Shown one piece after another: positions 47,001 through 54,881 of a DNA stretch of 64,000 bases (position 1 is its first letter; the number at the start of each line of letters is the position of its first letter). The DNA lies in contig CAWJMD010000004.1 in assembly GCA_963843835.1 (NCBI GenBank), forward strand, positions 73,526-137,525. Direction: 5' to 3'. A program made the position numbers and the translations under genes. The notes beneath the pieces are model-generated. The model saw only the letters and a list, made by a program, of their open reading frames with translations, was not told the origin of the DNA and ran no database searches. The DNA comes from an uncultured Actinomycetota bacterium (GTDB lineage Bacteria > Actinomycetota > Actinomycetes > Actinomycetales > CAWJMD01).

Positions 47001-47733
47001 GGCTGTCGCGGAGGGTCGCGCGGGCCCGACGCAGCGCGGCCAGGGCATCGGCCTGCCGCTGCGCCCGGTACAGGGCGAGGACGAGCAGGCGCCACCGCTC
47101 CTCGCGCAGCGGGTCGTCGGCCACCAGGGCCTCGAGCTCGCCGATGAGCAGGGCGGCGTCGACGACGTCCAGCCGCGCTCCGAGCAGACGCTCCCTGGCC
47201 ACCTGTCGCAGCTCCGTCAGCCGCGCGACCTCGCCCTGGGCCCAGGGCTCGTCGGCGTACTCGGCGTAGGCCGGGCCACGCCACAGCCGCAAGGCGTCTG
47301 CGAGCACCGCGGCCGCCTGGGCGGGTGGCGAGCCCGGCGACCCCGCCACGGCCTGCTCGAACCGCCACGCGTCGACGGCCTCGGCCGCGAGCCGCAGGGC
47401 GTAGCCGTTGCCGCTGCTGGCGATGACCCCGCTGCGGCTGCGTGCGCCGACCTCCGGCTCGAGCCCCCGCCGCAGGTGGCTGACGTAGGACTGCAGCGTG
47501 CCCGCCGGGTTGACAGGGGGCGCCTCACCCCAGACGAAGTCGACGAGCCTGTCGGCGGTGACGGCCTCTCCCCGCGCCATGATCAGGGCCGCCAGCACCG
47601 CCCGCTGGCGTCGACCCCCGAGCTGCAGCATGGCTCCGTCACGCGTGGCGGCGATCTCGCCGAGCACGCCCAGGCGGAGAGAGTCGCGACCGTCCAACCG
47701 GGCCTCCGACGGGAGGAAGGAACGCGCCAGCAT
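44005..47733 (-). CDS. 1242-aa regulator: SARP (OmpR-type wHTH plus BTAD) - P-loop ATPase - TPR-like helical region - C-terminal LuxR-type HTH
   Basis: N-terminus LRLGVLGEIAATRDG...RQRAVLAALIM...TLQSYVSHLRR (wHTH) and LREERWRLLVLALYRAQRQADALAALRRAR (BTAD). Walker A HGPAGIGKTALL. C-terminus RHRQVLALAAQGLAVDQIAQRMFLSPSTVEALLRD. Confidence 0.85.
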   Translation of the reverse strand: MLARSFLPSEARLDGRDSLRLGVLGEIAATRDGAMLQLGGRRQRAVLAALIMARGEAVTADRLVDFVWGEAPPVNPAGTLQSYVSHLRRGLEPEVGARSRSGVIASSGNGYALRLAAEAVDAWRFEQAVAGSPGSPPAQAAAVLADALRLWRGPAYAEYADEPWAQGEVARLTELRQVARERLLGARLDVVDAALLIGELEALVADDPLREERWRLLVLALYRAQRQADALAALRRARATLRDSLGVDPGQALRSLEREVLTQAPSLDGADSNGDRPARRTSDVPPHTRAPVRPAPRVELSEREDELRQLESALDALGGGSGGLVLIHGPAGIGKTALLGAVSGLAVGRTLPVLAARCSRLEQAFGFGVVRQLLEPALGEEERREHLLGTAPAARGVFDEPADGPRSEGSFAVLHGLFRLTAALSAEAPLLVTVDDLQWCDSASLRYLAYLSKRLDGLPIVLVATIRTGEEHPEAALLQELALDPDAVTVVPTPLSRRATHALVAERLGDPAERFVAVCHETTAGNPLLLRQLLHALDAAGVRPDISHVDTVRAIGSRAVSSLVMFRLRRMPPDATAVARAVAVLGQHADLPTIAAFAELDEPAAAAMLDGLTRSEILLDRQPPAFVHPLVRDAVYHDQPASERALHHERAAQVLRRRGVAPEHVATHLLLAPRRGDEATVSWLRSAAATAAACGATESAVTLLRRAADEPALGRTRLDLLVQLGLVEALVDGRAAIAHLSEAYDGLDDPRRRAEVALVITWAHLFASPPGVATAFARDAAQALPEDLADARQGLQALERITGHMHGLAPERYRSGEPAVSGSGVGSRMLAATLAYERMLDGEHRDEAVGLARSALEDDALLVADNGLLWIAAAIVHVLSDADLGDFWDRAMSHAQRTGSLFAVLSTNLWRGYCEWRRGQLDHALHSIQDAMEQERMWGTSDVSRAYATAFAVGVLLDRGDRIEAERLLRGAAGLPELGEGSRLLREAEVRLLLAYGRAEQALEAVGSVVSPPGITNPAWSAWRRLKAKALARLGRVDEAMTLADEEVALLRRWGAPSQLGAALRARGALASSSTLRTRDDVELAEARSRDLREAVDLLSGTDSALELARACLSLGREPTTPAAEAIPLLQRALDLAGTAGAAGVQRVAVDALGARGVAVPAVCASPSNLGARHRQVLALAAQGLAVDQIAQRMFLSPSTVEALLRDGGDGFEEPGPDIDPDASQTQVPSETLPATRPWSST

Positions 47734-47771
47734 ACGCCCGGCTGCCCCGAGCCTGTGAGGGATCGGGACGG

Positions 47772-48155
47772 TCAGGCGTCGGCGAGCTCAGCCCTGATCT
47801 GGAGGTGCCGCACCAAGAACGCGCGCTCGTCGTAGCGCTTGCGCCGCAGCCAGCCGGTGACCTCCTCGTTGCACTTGCTCGCGTTGCACGACCCGCACGC
47901 CGGCGCGATGTTGTCGAGCGTGTACCGCCCGCCGCGGGAGATCGGCAGCACGCAGTCCTTCTGCAGTGGCCGGTCGGTCGCGCCGCAGTAGGCGCAGCCA
48001 CCCCACGCGGCGACCAACGCCGTCCACTGCGCGTCGCTGAGGTCGTGCTCGACCCGGTCCATCCGGCGCTTGCGGCGGCGCGCGTACCGGGCCTTGCGCG
48101 TCCGGTTGACCACCACGGCCCCAGCGTACGTACGGCGCGCCTCCGCCTGCGGCAT
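47772..48155 (-). CDS. HNH endonuclease
   Basis: CAYCG...LQKDCVLPISRGGRYTLDNIAPACGSCNASK. An alternative start is at the internal MDRVEHDL. Confidence 0.8.
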   Translation of the reverse strand: MPQAEARRTYAGAVVVNRTRKARYARRRKRRMDRVEHDLSDAQWTALVAAWGGCAYCGATDRPLQKDCVLPISRGGRYTLDNIAPACGSCNASKCNEEVTGWLRRKRYDERAFLVRHLQIRAELADA

Positions 48156-48211
48156 CTGGACGCCGTGGGGTGGGACGACCTGGTTGCCGACTTCGCGGTC
48201 ACCACAGCACC

Positions 48212-48982
48212 ATGTGGCTGGTGCAGCCGGTGATCGAACGTCTCGCGGACCAGGTCGACCGGCTCGACCCCGGCGGCGTCCGCGGACTGTACGTCTTCGG
48301 CTCGTCCGTTCAGGGTGGTCTGCGCCCGGACAGTGACATCGACCTTCTCCTCGTCACCGAGCGCTCGCTCGACGTCGACGAGCGCAGAGCGCTCCTCCGG
48401 TTCCTTCTCGGGTACTCCGGGCGCAGGGCGTCCGTCACGCCCGGCCGTCCGCTGGAGCTGACGTCCGTGGTCCGCGGTGACGTCGCCCCTTGGCGGTACC
48501 CACCGAGGTGCGACTTCCTGTACGGGGAGTGGCTCCGCACCGACTTCGTCGGCGGAGCTCTCCCTGAACCGCACGAGAACGTTGACCTGGCGGTGCTGCT
48601 CACCACGGTCCGGGAGCACGCACGGGTCCTGCGGGGGCCGGACCCCGCCGAGGTCCTGCGCCCCGTGCCGGCGCACGACCTGCGCCGGGCGGTGCGCGAC
48701 AGCCTCGAACCGCTCCTGGAGGACCTGGTCGGCGACGAGCGCAACGTCCTTCTCACCCTGGCACGGATGCTGGTCACCCTGGAGACCGGCGGGATCCTGC
48801 CGAAGGACGCCGCCGCACGCCGGATCCTGCCGACGCTGGACGAGCCGGACCGCTCCGTGCTCGCCCTGGCCGCCGCCGGCTACCTCGCCGAGCGCGAGGA
48901 CGACTGGTCCCGAGATCCGGAGCAGGTGCGCGGCGCGGCCATGACCATGGCGGACCGGATCCGAGCTGCGCGTCGCCCGTAG
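48212..48982 (+). CDS. aminoglycoside nucleotidyltransferase, ANT(3'')/AadA-like (NTase domain plus DUF4111)
   Basis: LYVFGSSVQGGLRPDSDIDLLLV (GS-x-DxD NTase motif), ELTSVVRGDV and LLTLARMLVTLETGGILPKD. Confidence 0.8.
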   Translation: MWLVQPVIERLADQVDRLDPGGVRGLYVFGSSVQGGLRPDSDIDLLLVTERSLDVDERRALLRFLLGYSGRRASVTPGRPLELTSVVRGDVAPWRYPPRCDFLYGEWLRTDFVGGALPEPHENVDLAVLLTTVREHARVLRGPDPAEVLRPVPAHDLRRAVRDSLEPLLEDLVGDERNVLLTLARMLVTLETGGILPKDAAARRILPTLDEPDRSVLALAAAGYLAEREDDWSRDPEQVRGAAMTMADRIRAARRP

Positions 48983-49183
48983 CCCGGCAGGCGCGGCGGT
49001 CGTGGCGGTTGGTGGTCTGGACGGGTCACGCTGCGGCCTGTGAGGATGCCAGTGCGCTGGGACTCGCAGCGGCTCGGACGGACGGGGGATGGACGTGGTG
49101 GAGGAGCACGCGTACTGCGGCGCTCGGCCCGCCGCCGTGTGCAGCCGGGCGCGCATGCGCCTCTTCAGCCAGGGGGTGGCCTG

Positions 49184-49474
49184 ATGGAGCTCGAGTTCAG
49201 CGGCGAGGTGTGGTTCTGGCGGGGGCCGGCCCCCTTCCACTTCGTCACGGTGCCCCCGGACGAGAGCGCTGCGCTGCAGGCGATGTCGGGGAGGCTGACG
49301 TACGGCTGGGGCATGATCCCGGTCGAGGCCTGCATCGGTTCGACCGAGTGGACGACCTCGTTGTTCCCCAAGAACGGGGGGTACCTCGTCCCGGTGAAGG
49401 ACCTCGTCCGGCGGGCCGAGGCCATCGACGTCGGGGACACGGTGACGGTGCGCCTGGCTGTCGAGGACGACTGA
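49184..49474 (+). CDS. DUF1905 protein
   Basis: 96 aa, MELEFSGEVWFWRGPAPFHFVTVP...GWGMIPV...TSLFPKNGGYLVPVK. Confidence 0.75.
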   Translation: MELEFSGEVWFWRGPAPFHFVTVPPDESAALQAMSGRLTYGWGMIPVEACIGSTEWTTSLFPKNGGYLVPVKDLVRRAEAIDVGDTVTVRLAVEDD

Positions 49475-49479
49475 GGGGT

Positions 49480-50586
49480 ATGGACGCCGTCCACGAGCTG
49501 AGCCGCACACAGGCGCGGCGCATCGCCGTCCAGGCCCAGCTCCTGACGAAGGAGCGGCCTGCAGACCTGTTCGAGACGGTGCGTGGGCTCTCCCTGCTGC
49601 AGCTCGAGCCGACCAGTGCCGTCGCTCCCAGCGCCGACCTCGTGCTGTGGAGCCGGCTCGGCTCGGCGTACTCGCCCCAGGAGCTGCGTGACGCCCTCGA
49701 CGCGCAGCTCCTGCTCGAGCTGAGGGGCACGGTCCGTCCGGTCGAGGACATCGCCCTCTACCGCGCCGACATGGCCGAGTGGCCGGGGAGGGGCGACCTG
49801 CCGGGATGGAAGCTGGGCCAGCAACAGTGGGTCCGCGACAACGACGCCTGCCGTCGCGACATCCTCGACCGTCTCCGTGCCGACGGGCCGCTGCCTGCCC
49901 GCGAGCTGCCCGACACGTGTGCCCGTCCGTGGTCGTCGTCCGGATGGAACAACAACCGCAACGTCACCATGTTGCTCCACCTCATGGTGCAGCGCGGTGA
50001 GGTCGCTGTCGCCGGGGGGATGGGCCGAGACAGATTGTGGGACCTCGCCTCTCGGGTCTACCCGGACGACGTGGACATCCCGGCGGAGGAGGCGCGACGA
50101 CTGCGGGACGAGCGTCGGCTGCGCGCCCTCGGCATCGCTCGGTCACGCGGACCCGAGTGCCCGGTCGAGCCCTTGGACGTCCGCGAGGCGGGGGAGCCCG
50201 CCGTGGTGGAGGGGGTTCGCGGCCGGTGGCGGGTCGACCCGGCGCGGCTCGGGCAGCCCTTCTCCGGACGCGCGGCCCTGCTGTCGCCCTTCGACCGCCT
50301 CCTGCACGACCGCAAGCGGATGGCCGACGTCTACGCCTTCGACTACCACCTCGAGATGTACAAGCCCGCGGCCGCACGCCGGTGGGGCTACTACGCCCTC
50401 CCGGTCCTCTACGGCGACCGGCTGGTCGGCAAGCTGGACGCCAGGGCTGACAGGAAGGCCGGGGTGCTCCGCGTCGCCGCCGTCCACCGGGACGTGCCCT
50501 TCAGCAAGGCCATGACCGCCGCGGTGGACGCCGAGATCAGGGACCTTGCTCGCTGGCTCGACCTGGAGCTCGTCCTGCCCGGCTGA
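49480..50586 (+). CDS. YcaQ/AlkZ-family winged-helix protein (DNA interstrand-crosslink glycosylase family)
   Basis: 368 aa from ATG 49480. LSRTQARRIAVQAQLL...LQLEPTS...SSGWNNNRNV...DYHLEMYKPAAARRWGYYALPVLYGDRLVGKLD. Confidence 0.8.
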   Translation: MDAVHELSRTQARRIAVQAQLLTKERPADLFETVRGLSLLQLEPTSAVAPSADLVLWSRLGSAYSPQELRDALDAQLLLELRGTVRPVEDIALYRADMAEWPGRGDLPGWKLGQQQWVRDNDACRRDILDRLRADGPLPARELPDTCARPWSSSGWNNNRNVTMLLHLMVQRGEVAVAGGMGRDRLWDLASRVYPDDVDIPAEEARRLRDERRLRALGIARSRGPECPVEPLDVREAGEPAVVEGVRGRWRVDPARLGQPFSGRAALLSPFDRLLHDRKRMADVYAFDYHLEMYKPAAARRWGYYALPVLYGDRLVGKLDARADRKAGVLRVAAVHRDVPFSKAMTAAVDAEIRDLARWLDLELVLPG

Positions 50587-50597
50587 AGAGCCGGGTG

Positions 50598-50615
50598 CCG
50601 GCGCTTCGGCGCCGG
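50598..50615. terminator. bidirectional stem-loop with UUCG tetraloop
   Basis: ccggcgc-ttcg-gcgccgg, lying between convergent stops at 50586 and 50617. Confidence 0.6.
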
Positions 50616-50616
50616 G

Positions 50617-51597
50617 TCAACCGTTGCTGACGTTCACGACGACCTTGCCTGCGGGGTGGCCCCGTTCGACCAGCGCGACCGCCTGCGGTGCCTCAGCGAG
50701 CGGGTACGTGCTGTCGATGACCGGCACCAGCCGACCGGCCTCGACGAGCTCCCTGATCTCGTCCAGCGCCTCGGTCGTCTCCTCGGCCAGGAACGACTTC
50801 AGCGTCTGGCCGACGAACCTGCTGAGGACGACGGCTTGAACGATGTTGCCGACGGGTCCGAGCCAGCGGTTGCCGTCCCCGTACGACTGGATGAGCGTGC
50901 CCTTCGGCGTGAGCACCCGACGCAGGGACCGAGGGGCGTAGGTGCCACCGAGCTGGAAGATCAGGTCGTAACGGGCCGGTCCGCCCGTGACGTCCTCGGT
51001 CGTGTAGTCGATGACGTGGTCGGCGCCGAGTCGCCGCACCAGCTCGACGTTGGCGCTGCTGCAGACGCCGGTGACCTCGGCGCCGAGATCCTTGGCGATC
51101 TGGACGGCAAAGGTCCCGACCCCGCCGGAGGCACCGATGACGAGGACGTGCTGCCCCGCACGGAGACCGCCTGCGCGCAGCCCCTGGATGGCGGTGACGG
51201 CACCAAGCGGCACGGAGGCGGCCTGCTCGAAGCTGAGGTTGGCAGGCATGCGGGCCAAGCTGCTCCGGGGCACCGCGACGTACTCGGCGAACGCGCCGTG
51301 GCCGAAGCCGTACACCCGGTCGCCGGGCGCGAAACCGGTGACGTTCCTGCCGACGTCCTCGACCGTTCCCGCCACGTCCCCGCCGGGAACGAGGAACTTC
51401 GGCTTGCGGACGCCGCCGAGGCCGGCCGGACGCATCAGGACCGGCTCGCCGCGGATGAAGTGCCAGTCCCAGGGGTTGGCTGAGCTGGCTCTCACCCGCA
51501 CCAGCACGTCGTCGTCGCCCGGCGTGGGCCGGTCGATCTCGGCGAGATCGAGCACGTCCTCGGGTGCCCCGTACTCGCGCTGGACGATCGCCTGCAT
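50617..51597 (-). CDS. zinc-type alcohol dehydrogenase / quinone oxidoreductase (MDR superfamily)
   Basis: 326 aa from ATG 51597. MQAIVQREYGAPEDVL..., VLVIGASGGVGTFAVQIAK (Rossmann) and a C-terminal GHPAGKVVV. Confidence 0.85.
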   Translation of the reverse strand: MQAIVQREYGAPEDVLDLAEIDRPTPGDDDVLVRVRASSANPWDWHFIRGEPVLMRPAGLGGVRKPKFLVPGGDVAGTVEDVGRNVTGFAPGDRVYGFGHGAFAEYVAVPRSSLARMPANLSFEQAASVPLGAVTAIQGLRAGGLRAGQHVLVIGASGGVGTFAVQIAKDLGAEVTGVCSSANVELVRRLGADHVIDYTTEDVTGGPARYDLIFQLGGTYAPRSLRRVLTPKGTLIQSYGDGNRWLGPVGNIVQAVVLSRFVGQTLKSFLAEETTEALDEIRELVEAGRLVPVIDSTYPLAEAPQAVALVERGHPAGKVVVNVSNG

Positions 51598-51635
51598 CGA
51601 TCTCACCTGTCCCTGGTCGTGGGTGTTCGTCTCAT

Positions 51636-51761
51636 TCTCGGGAGAACCGCGGCCCAAGGTGCCGTTTCGGGCGCTGTTCTCGGAGGAATCGCGACGGAGA
51701 TGCCATCCAAAGGCGTCACTCTCGGGAGAATCGCGGCAGGGGAGGGGCCTCCGCCACGAGG
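51636..51761. repeat. three diverged tandem 42-bp units, each starting TCTCGG(G)AG(G)AAYCGCG
   Basis: Unit starts at 51636, 51678 and 51720 (exact 42-bp spacing). The third unit overlaps the last codons and stop of the MBL-fold gene. Confidence 0.7.
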
Positions 51762-52513
51762 CGCACGAGGTGCTGATACTCCTCGCGCATGCCGGGGTTG
51801 GCGATCCGGTCGTCGTCCGGCACCCGGCCGGCGATGACGTCGTCGAGGTAGCGGCGGTCGGCGTCGAGCCGTTCCATCGGGGCGGACGAGGGGGTCCCGT
51901 GACCGGGGACCAGCACCGAGGCGCGTGCCACGTACGGCGCGAGCGCATCGAGCCCCGCGACGTACGCCGGCAGGTCGTCGGGCCAGAACGGCAGGGGCAG
52001 CTCGACGTCGCTCAGCATGTCGCCGACCACGAGAACGCTGCGGGCGGGCGCCCACAGCGCCGCGTGGCCCGGGGCATGGCCGTCGTGGACGACCACCTCG
52101 AAGCGTTCTGTCGCGCCGTCGGAGCCGAACGGCGCCGGGAGCTCGTCACCCGGAAGGGGTTCGACCCCGCCGAAGAGCGCGAGGACCTCGTCGGTGTACC
52201 CGGGACCGAGATGAGCCTGCAGCTCTGCGGCGTGCTCGCGGGCCGCCTGTGCGCCGGCGGCCGACGCCCATCGCGGCGCCTCACCGAACCGCGGGTGCCA
52301 CAGCAGGTGGTCGTGGTGGGGGTGCGTGCTGAAGCCGGATGTCACCCGGATGCCGCGCTCGTCCAGCGCGTCGGCGATCGCCTCGAGCTCGTCCGGGAGC
52401 CACGCCGGGTCCACGAGGACTCCACTGTCTCCGGCTGTGAAGAGGGTTGAGGTCGTGGACATCTTGCGACTCGTGGTGACGAAGACGTCGTCAGCGACGG
52501 GGACGAGCAGCAC
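51716..52513 (-). CDS. MBL-fold metallo-hydrolase
   Basis: STHPHHDHLLWH (HxHxDH) plus downstream His/Asp ligands (HDGHAPGH, VGDML, PGHG). Confidence 0.8.
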   Translation of the reverse strand: MLLVPVADDVFVTTSRKMSTTSTLFTAGDSGVLVDPAWLPDELEAIADALDERGIRVTSGFSTHPHHDHLLWHPRFGEAPRWASAAGAQAAREHAAELQAHLGPGYTDEVLALFGGVEPLPGDELPAPFGSDGATERFEVVVHDGHAPGHAALWAPARSVLVVGDMLSDVELPLPFWPDDLPAYVAGLDALAPYVARASVLVPGHGTPSSAPMERLDADRRYLDDVIAGRVPDDDRIANPGMREEYQHLVRLVAEAPPLPRFSRE

Positions 52514-53150
52514 GAGCAGATCGTAACGACGGGCGGCACCGACCGGGCTCGCGGCTGCGTGGGGTCGGCAGTCCCGTCGTCTCGCGTGACGCGGCGACCA
52601 GGCCTGCCGTCCAACCGGGTGCCCGTCCGTGCCGGGGCATCTGCACGCTGCCGACGTCGTGCCCGCTGCTGGCGAGGAGCCAGGAGATCAACGAGTTCGA
52701 GTTCCACATGTCCCCGCTGTCCAGCGGGTCCCGACCCCACGTCAGCGTCGGGAACGCGGGGACGAGGTCGAGCACGCGCCGGGCCTGCTCGACGTCGGCG
52801 CTGAGCCGCAGGGGGCTATCCACCGCCTCGGCGCCGTCCGGGATCATCCCGTCGCGCCAGCGGCGCACCTCGTAGCGGAAGGCACGCGATCTCCCGAGGA
52901 CCGCGAGCCCTACCGGGCCCTCTGCGACCACTCCGCGCTCGACCTCGCCATTCCCCCACACCGGCGTCATCTCGATGACGAAGCGTCCCGCGTCGAGTTC
53001 CACCTCGAGTGCGGAGTGGTAGAGGTCGCACCGTTCGCGTCGTTCGTACGTGGCCGTCAGGGCCTCGTAGAGGCGCCCGCTCCACCGCACGACGCCCGGG
53101 CCCTCTCCCGCACCCAGGGGCAGCCAGAAGAGGTCGACGCCGACGGCCAT
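52491..53150 (-). CDS. conserved hypothetical protein
   Basis: 219 aa from ATG 53150. MAVGVDLFWLPLGAG...RCDLYHSALEV...MWNSNSLISWLL. Overlaps the MBL gene start by 23 nt, suggesting one operon. Confidence 0.55.
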   Translation of the reverse strand: MAVGVDLFWLPLGAGEGPGVVRWSGRLYEALTATYERRERCDLYHSALEVELDAGRFVIEMTPVWGNGEVERGVVAEGPVGLAVLGRSRAFRYEVRRWRDGMIPDGAEAVDSPLRLSADVEQARRVLDLVPAFPTLTWGRDPLDSGDMWNSNSLISWLLASSGHDVGSVQMPRHGRAPGWTAGLVAASRETTGLPTPRSREPGRCRPSLRSARAARPRR

Positions 53151-53286
53151 CACCACGCCCTCCGTCCCGGTTCCCGGCCGCATCGTCGCGGACGGGACGA
53201 CCACCTGGGCAGGGACGGAGGTCCTGTCGCAGGCCCCCAGACCTTCGACCCTGGACCAGGAGCCCGGTCTGGACTCTGCTGAGGTC

Positions 53287-54384
53287 ATGGAGCCCAGCAC
53301 CACGCCGGCGCCTCGTACCGGAGCGACGGGTGAGGTGTCGGCAGCCATCGAGCGCTGGCTGGCCGACGGGATCATCACGCCGGACCAGGCGGCCCGGATG
53401 CGCGCCGACGAGCCTGCGTCGGGCGGCCAGGCGCGACACGAGGCGGGTGGCCCTGTCCGGCGCCAGACGCCAGCCGCGGCCCTGGTGGCAGAGGCTCTGG
53501 GTTACCTGGGCGGCGTGATCATCGTGGTCGCCGTCGGCCTGGTGGTCGGCAGTGTGTGGGACGACCTGTCTGCGGTGCTGCGAGTCGGTCTCGTCGCCGC
53601 GGTGACGATCGTGCTGCTGGTGGCGGGTGCCCTCATCCCGACTCGGCTCGGAGCCACCGGGGACCGGCTGCGGTCGGTCCTGTGGCTCGCCTCGTCCATC
53701 GCGCTGGCCGGGCTTCTCGGGGTCGCCGCATCCGAGTGGGCGACGTGGGGGGAGGAGGGCGTGGCGACGGTCACCTCCCTCGGTACCGCGGTCTACTCGG
53801 CGGGCTTGTGGCGGGTGCATCGCCATCTCCTCCAGCACGTCGCGGTCTTCGTCCCGCTGCTCGTGGCCGCCTCGACCGTCGTGTCGTCGACGACGGACAC
53901 GCAGGCGCTGCCCGGGTTGGGGGTGTGGGCCGTGTCGACCGCGTGGTTCGCCCTGGCGTGGGGAGGTGTCCTCCCCGGCCGGCACGTGGGCACGTTCCTG
54001 GGCGCGGCCGGGGGTGTCATCGCCTCCGTCACGACCCTCGACGAGGGTTGGGGCGTCGTTCTGGGGCTGGCCACCGTCGCCGCGGTCATCGGTCTGGCCC
54101 TGCTCTTCCGCGACCTCCTCATCCTGGGCGTCGGCGCGATCGGGACGCTCCTGCTGCTTCCGCCGATCATGGACCGCTACTTCCCGGGAGCCCTGGCCCC
54201 GGCGCTGGTTCTCCTGGCGCTGGGCGTGCTGCTGGTGGCCGCCGCGGTGTACACGACGAGACGGCGCGGCGACGCTGCGCCCGGTACGGATCCGCGATGG
54301 GCGACCGGCACCCGACGGGTGGGCGCGCTGACCGCCCTGGTGGTCGTCGTGGCGGCGTCAGTCGTCGTCACCGTGGCGGGCTGA
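53287..54384 (+). CDS. polytopic membrane protein, DUF2157-like
   Basis: N-terminal soluble segment IERWLADGIITPDQAARM followed by about 9 TM helices. Confidence 0.6.
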   Translation: MEPSTTPAPRTGATGEVSAAIERWLADGIITPDQAARMRADEPASGGQARHEAGGPVRRQTPAAALVAEALGYLGGVIIVVAVGLVVGSVWDDLSAVLRVGLVAAVTIVLLVAGALIPTRLGATGDRLRSVLWLASSIALAGLLGVAASEWATWGEEGVATVTSLGTAVYSAGLWRVHRHLLQHVAVFVPLLVAASTVVSSTTDTQALPGLGVWAVSTAWFALAWGGVLPGRHVGTFLGAAGGVIASVTTLDEGWGVVLGLATVAAVIGLALLFRDLLILGVGAIGTLLLLPPIMDRYFPGALAPALVLLALGVLLVAAAVYTTRRRGDAAPGTDPRWATGTRRVGALTALVVVVAASVVVTVAG

Positions 54385-54487
54385 CCTGCGAGCGACCGAG
54401 GCGCGGCCGCGGGGGGTCTTCCGTCCCGGCCGACTTCGGCGGATCGTGGGCAGGGACAACGGCACCAGAGAGGTCGGAGGTGGGGTC

Positions 54488-54781
54488 GTGATCTACACGC
54501 TGGGGATCTGGACTGTACGAGAGGGCTCCGAGGACGAGTTCGTGGAGGCATGGACGCGCATGGCGGACGAGACGCGTCTGCAGTTCACGTCGGCGACCGG
54601 CACCTTGCTGCGGGACGCCGACCGGACGAACCGGTTCATCAGCTTCGGGCCCTGGGAGTCGGCGGACCAGGTGGCGCAGTGGCGTGCCTCGTCGGCCTTC
54701 ATCGCAGGTCAGGCCCGGCTCAGGCCGCTGCTGGAGAGCTTCGAGCCGCACACGATGGACGAGGTGGAGCGCCGGGGGTGA
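54488..54781 (+). CDS. antibiotic-biosynthesis-monooxygenase (ABM) domain protein
   Basis: 97 aa from GTG 54488 with GGAGGTGG upstream. A ferredoxin-like ABM pattern: [13 protein letters not shown]...FISFGPWES... Confidence 0.7.
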   Translation: MIYTLGIWTVREGSEDEFVEAWTRMADETRLQFTSATGTLLRDADRTNRFISFGPWESADQVAQWRASSAFIAGQARLRPLLESFEPHTMDEVERRG

Positions 54782-54881
54782 CCGGTGCGGCTCACCCGAT
54801 CGGGCCTCCAGGGGCATTCCCCGCGGAGAGCCCACCGGCGTAGCGTGCAGGGCCGGGGACCGTCCGAGAGACCGGAGGCGC

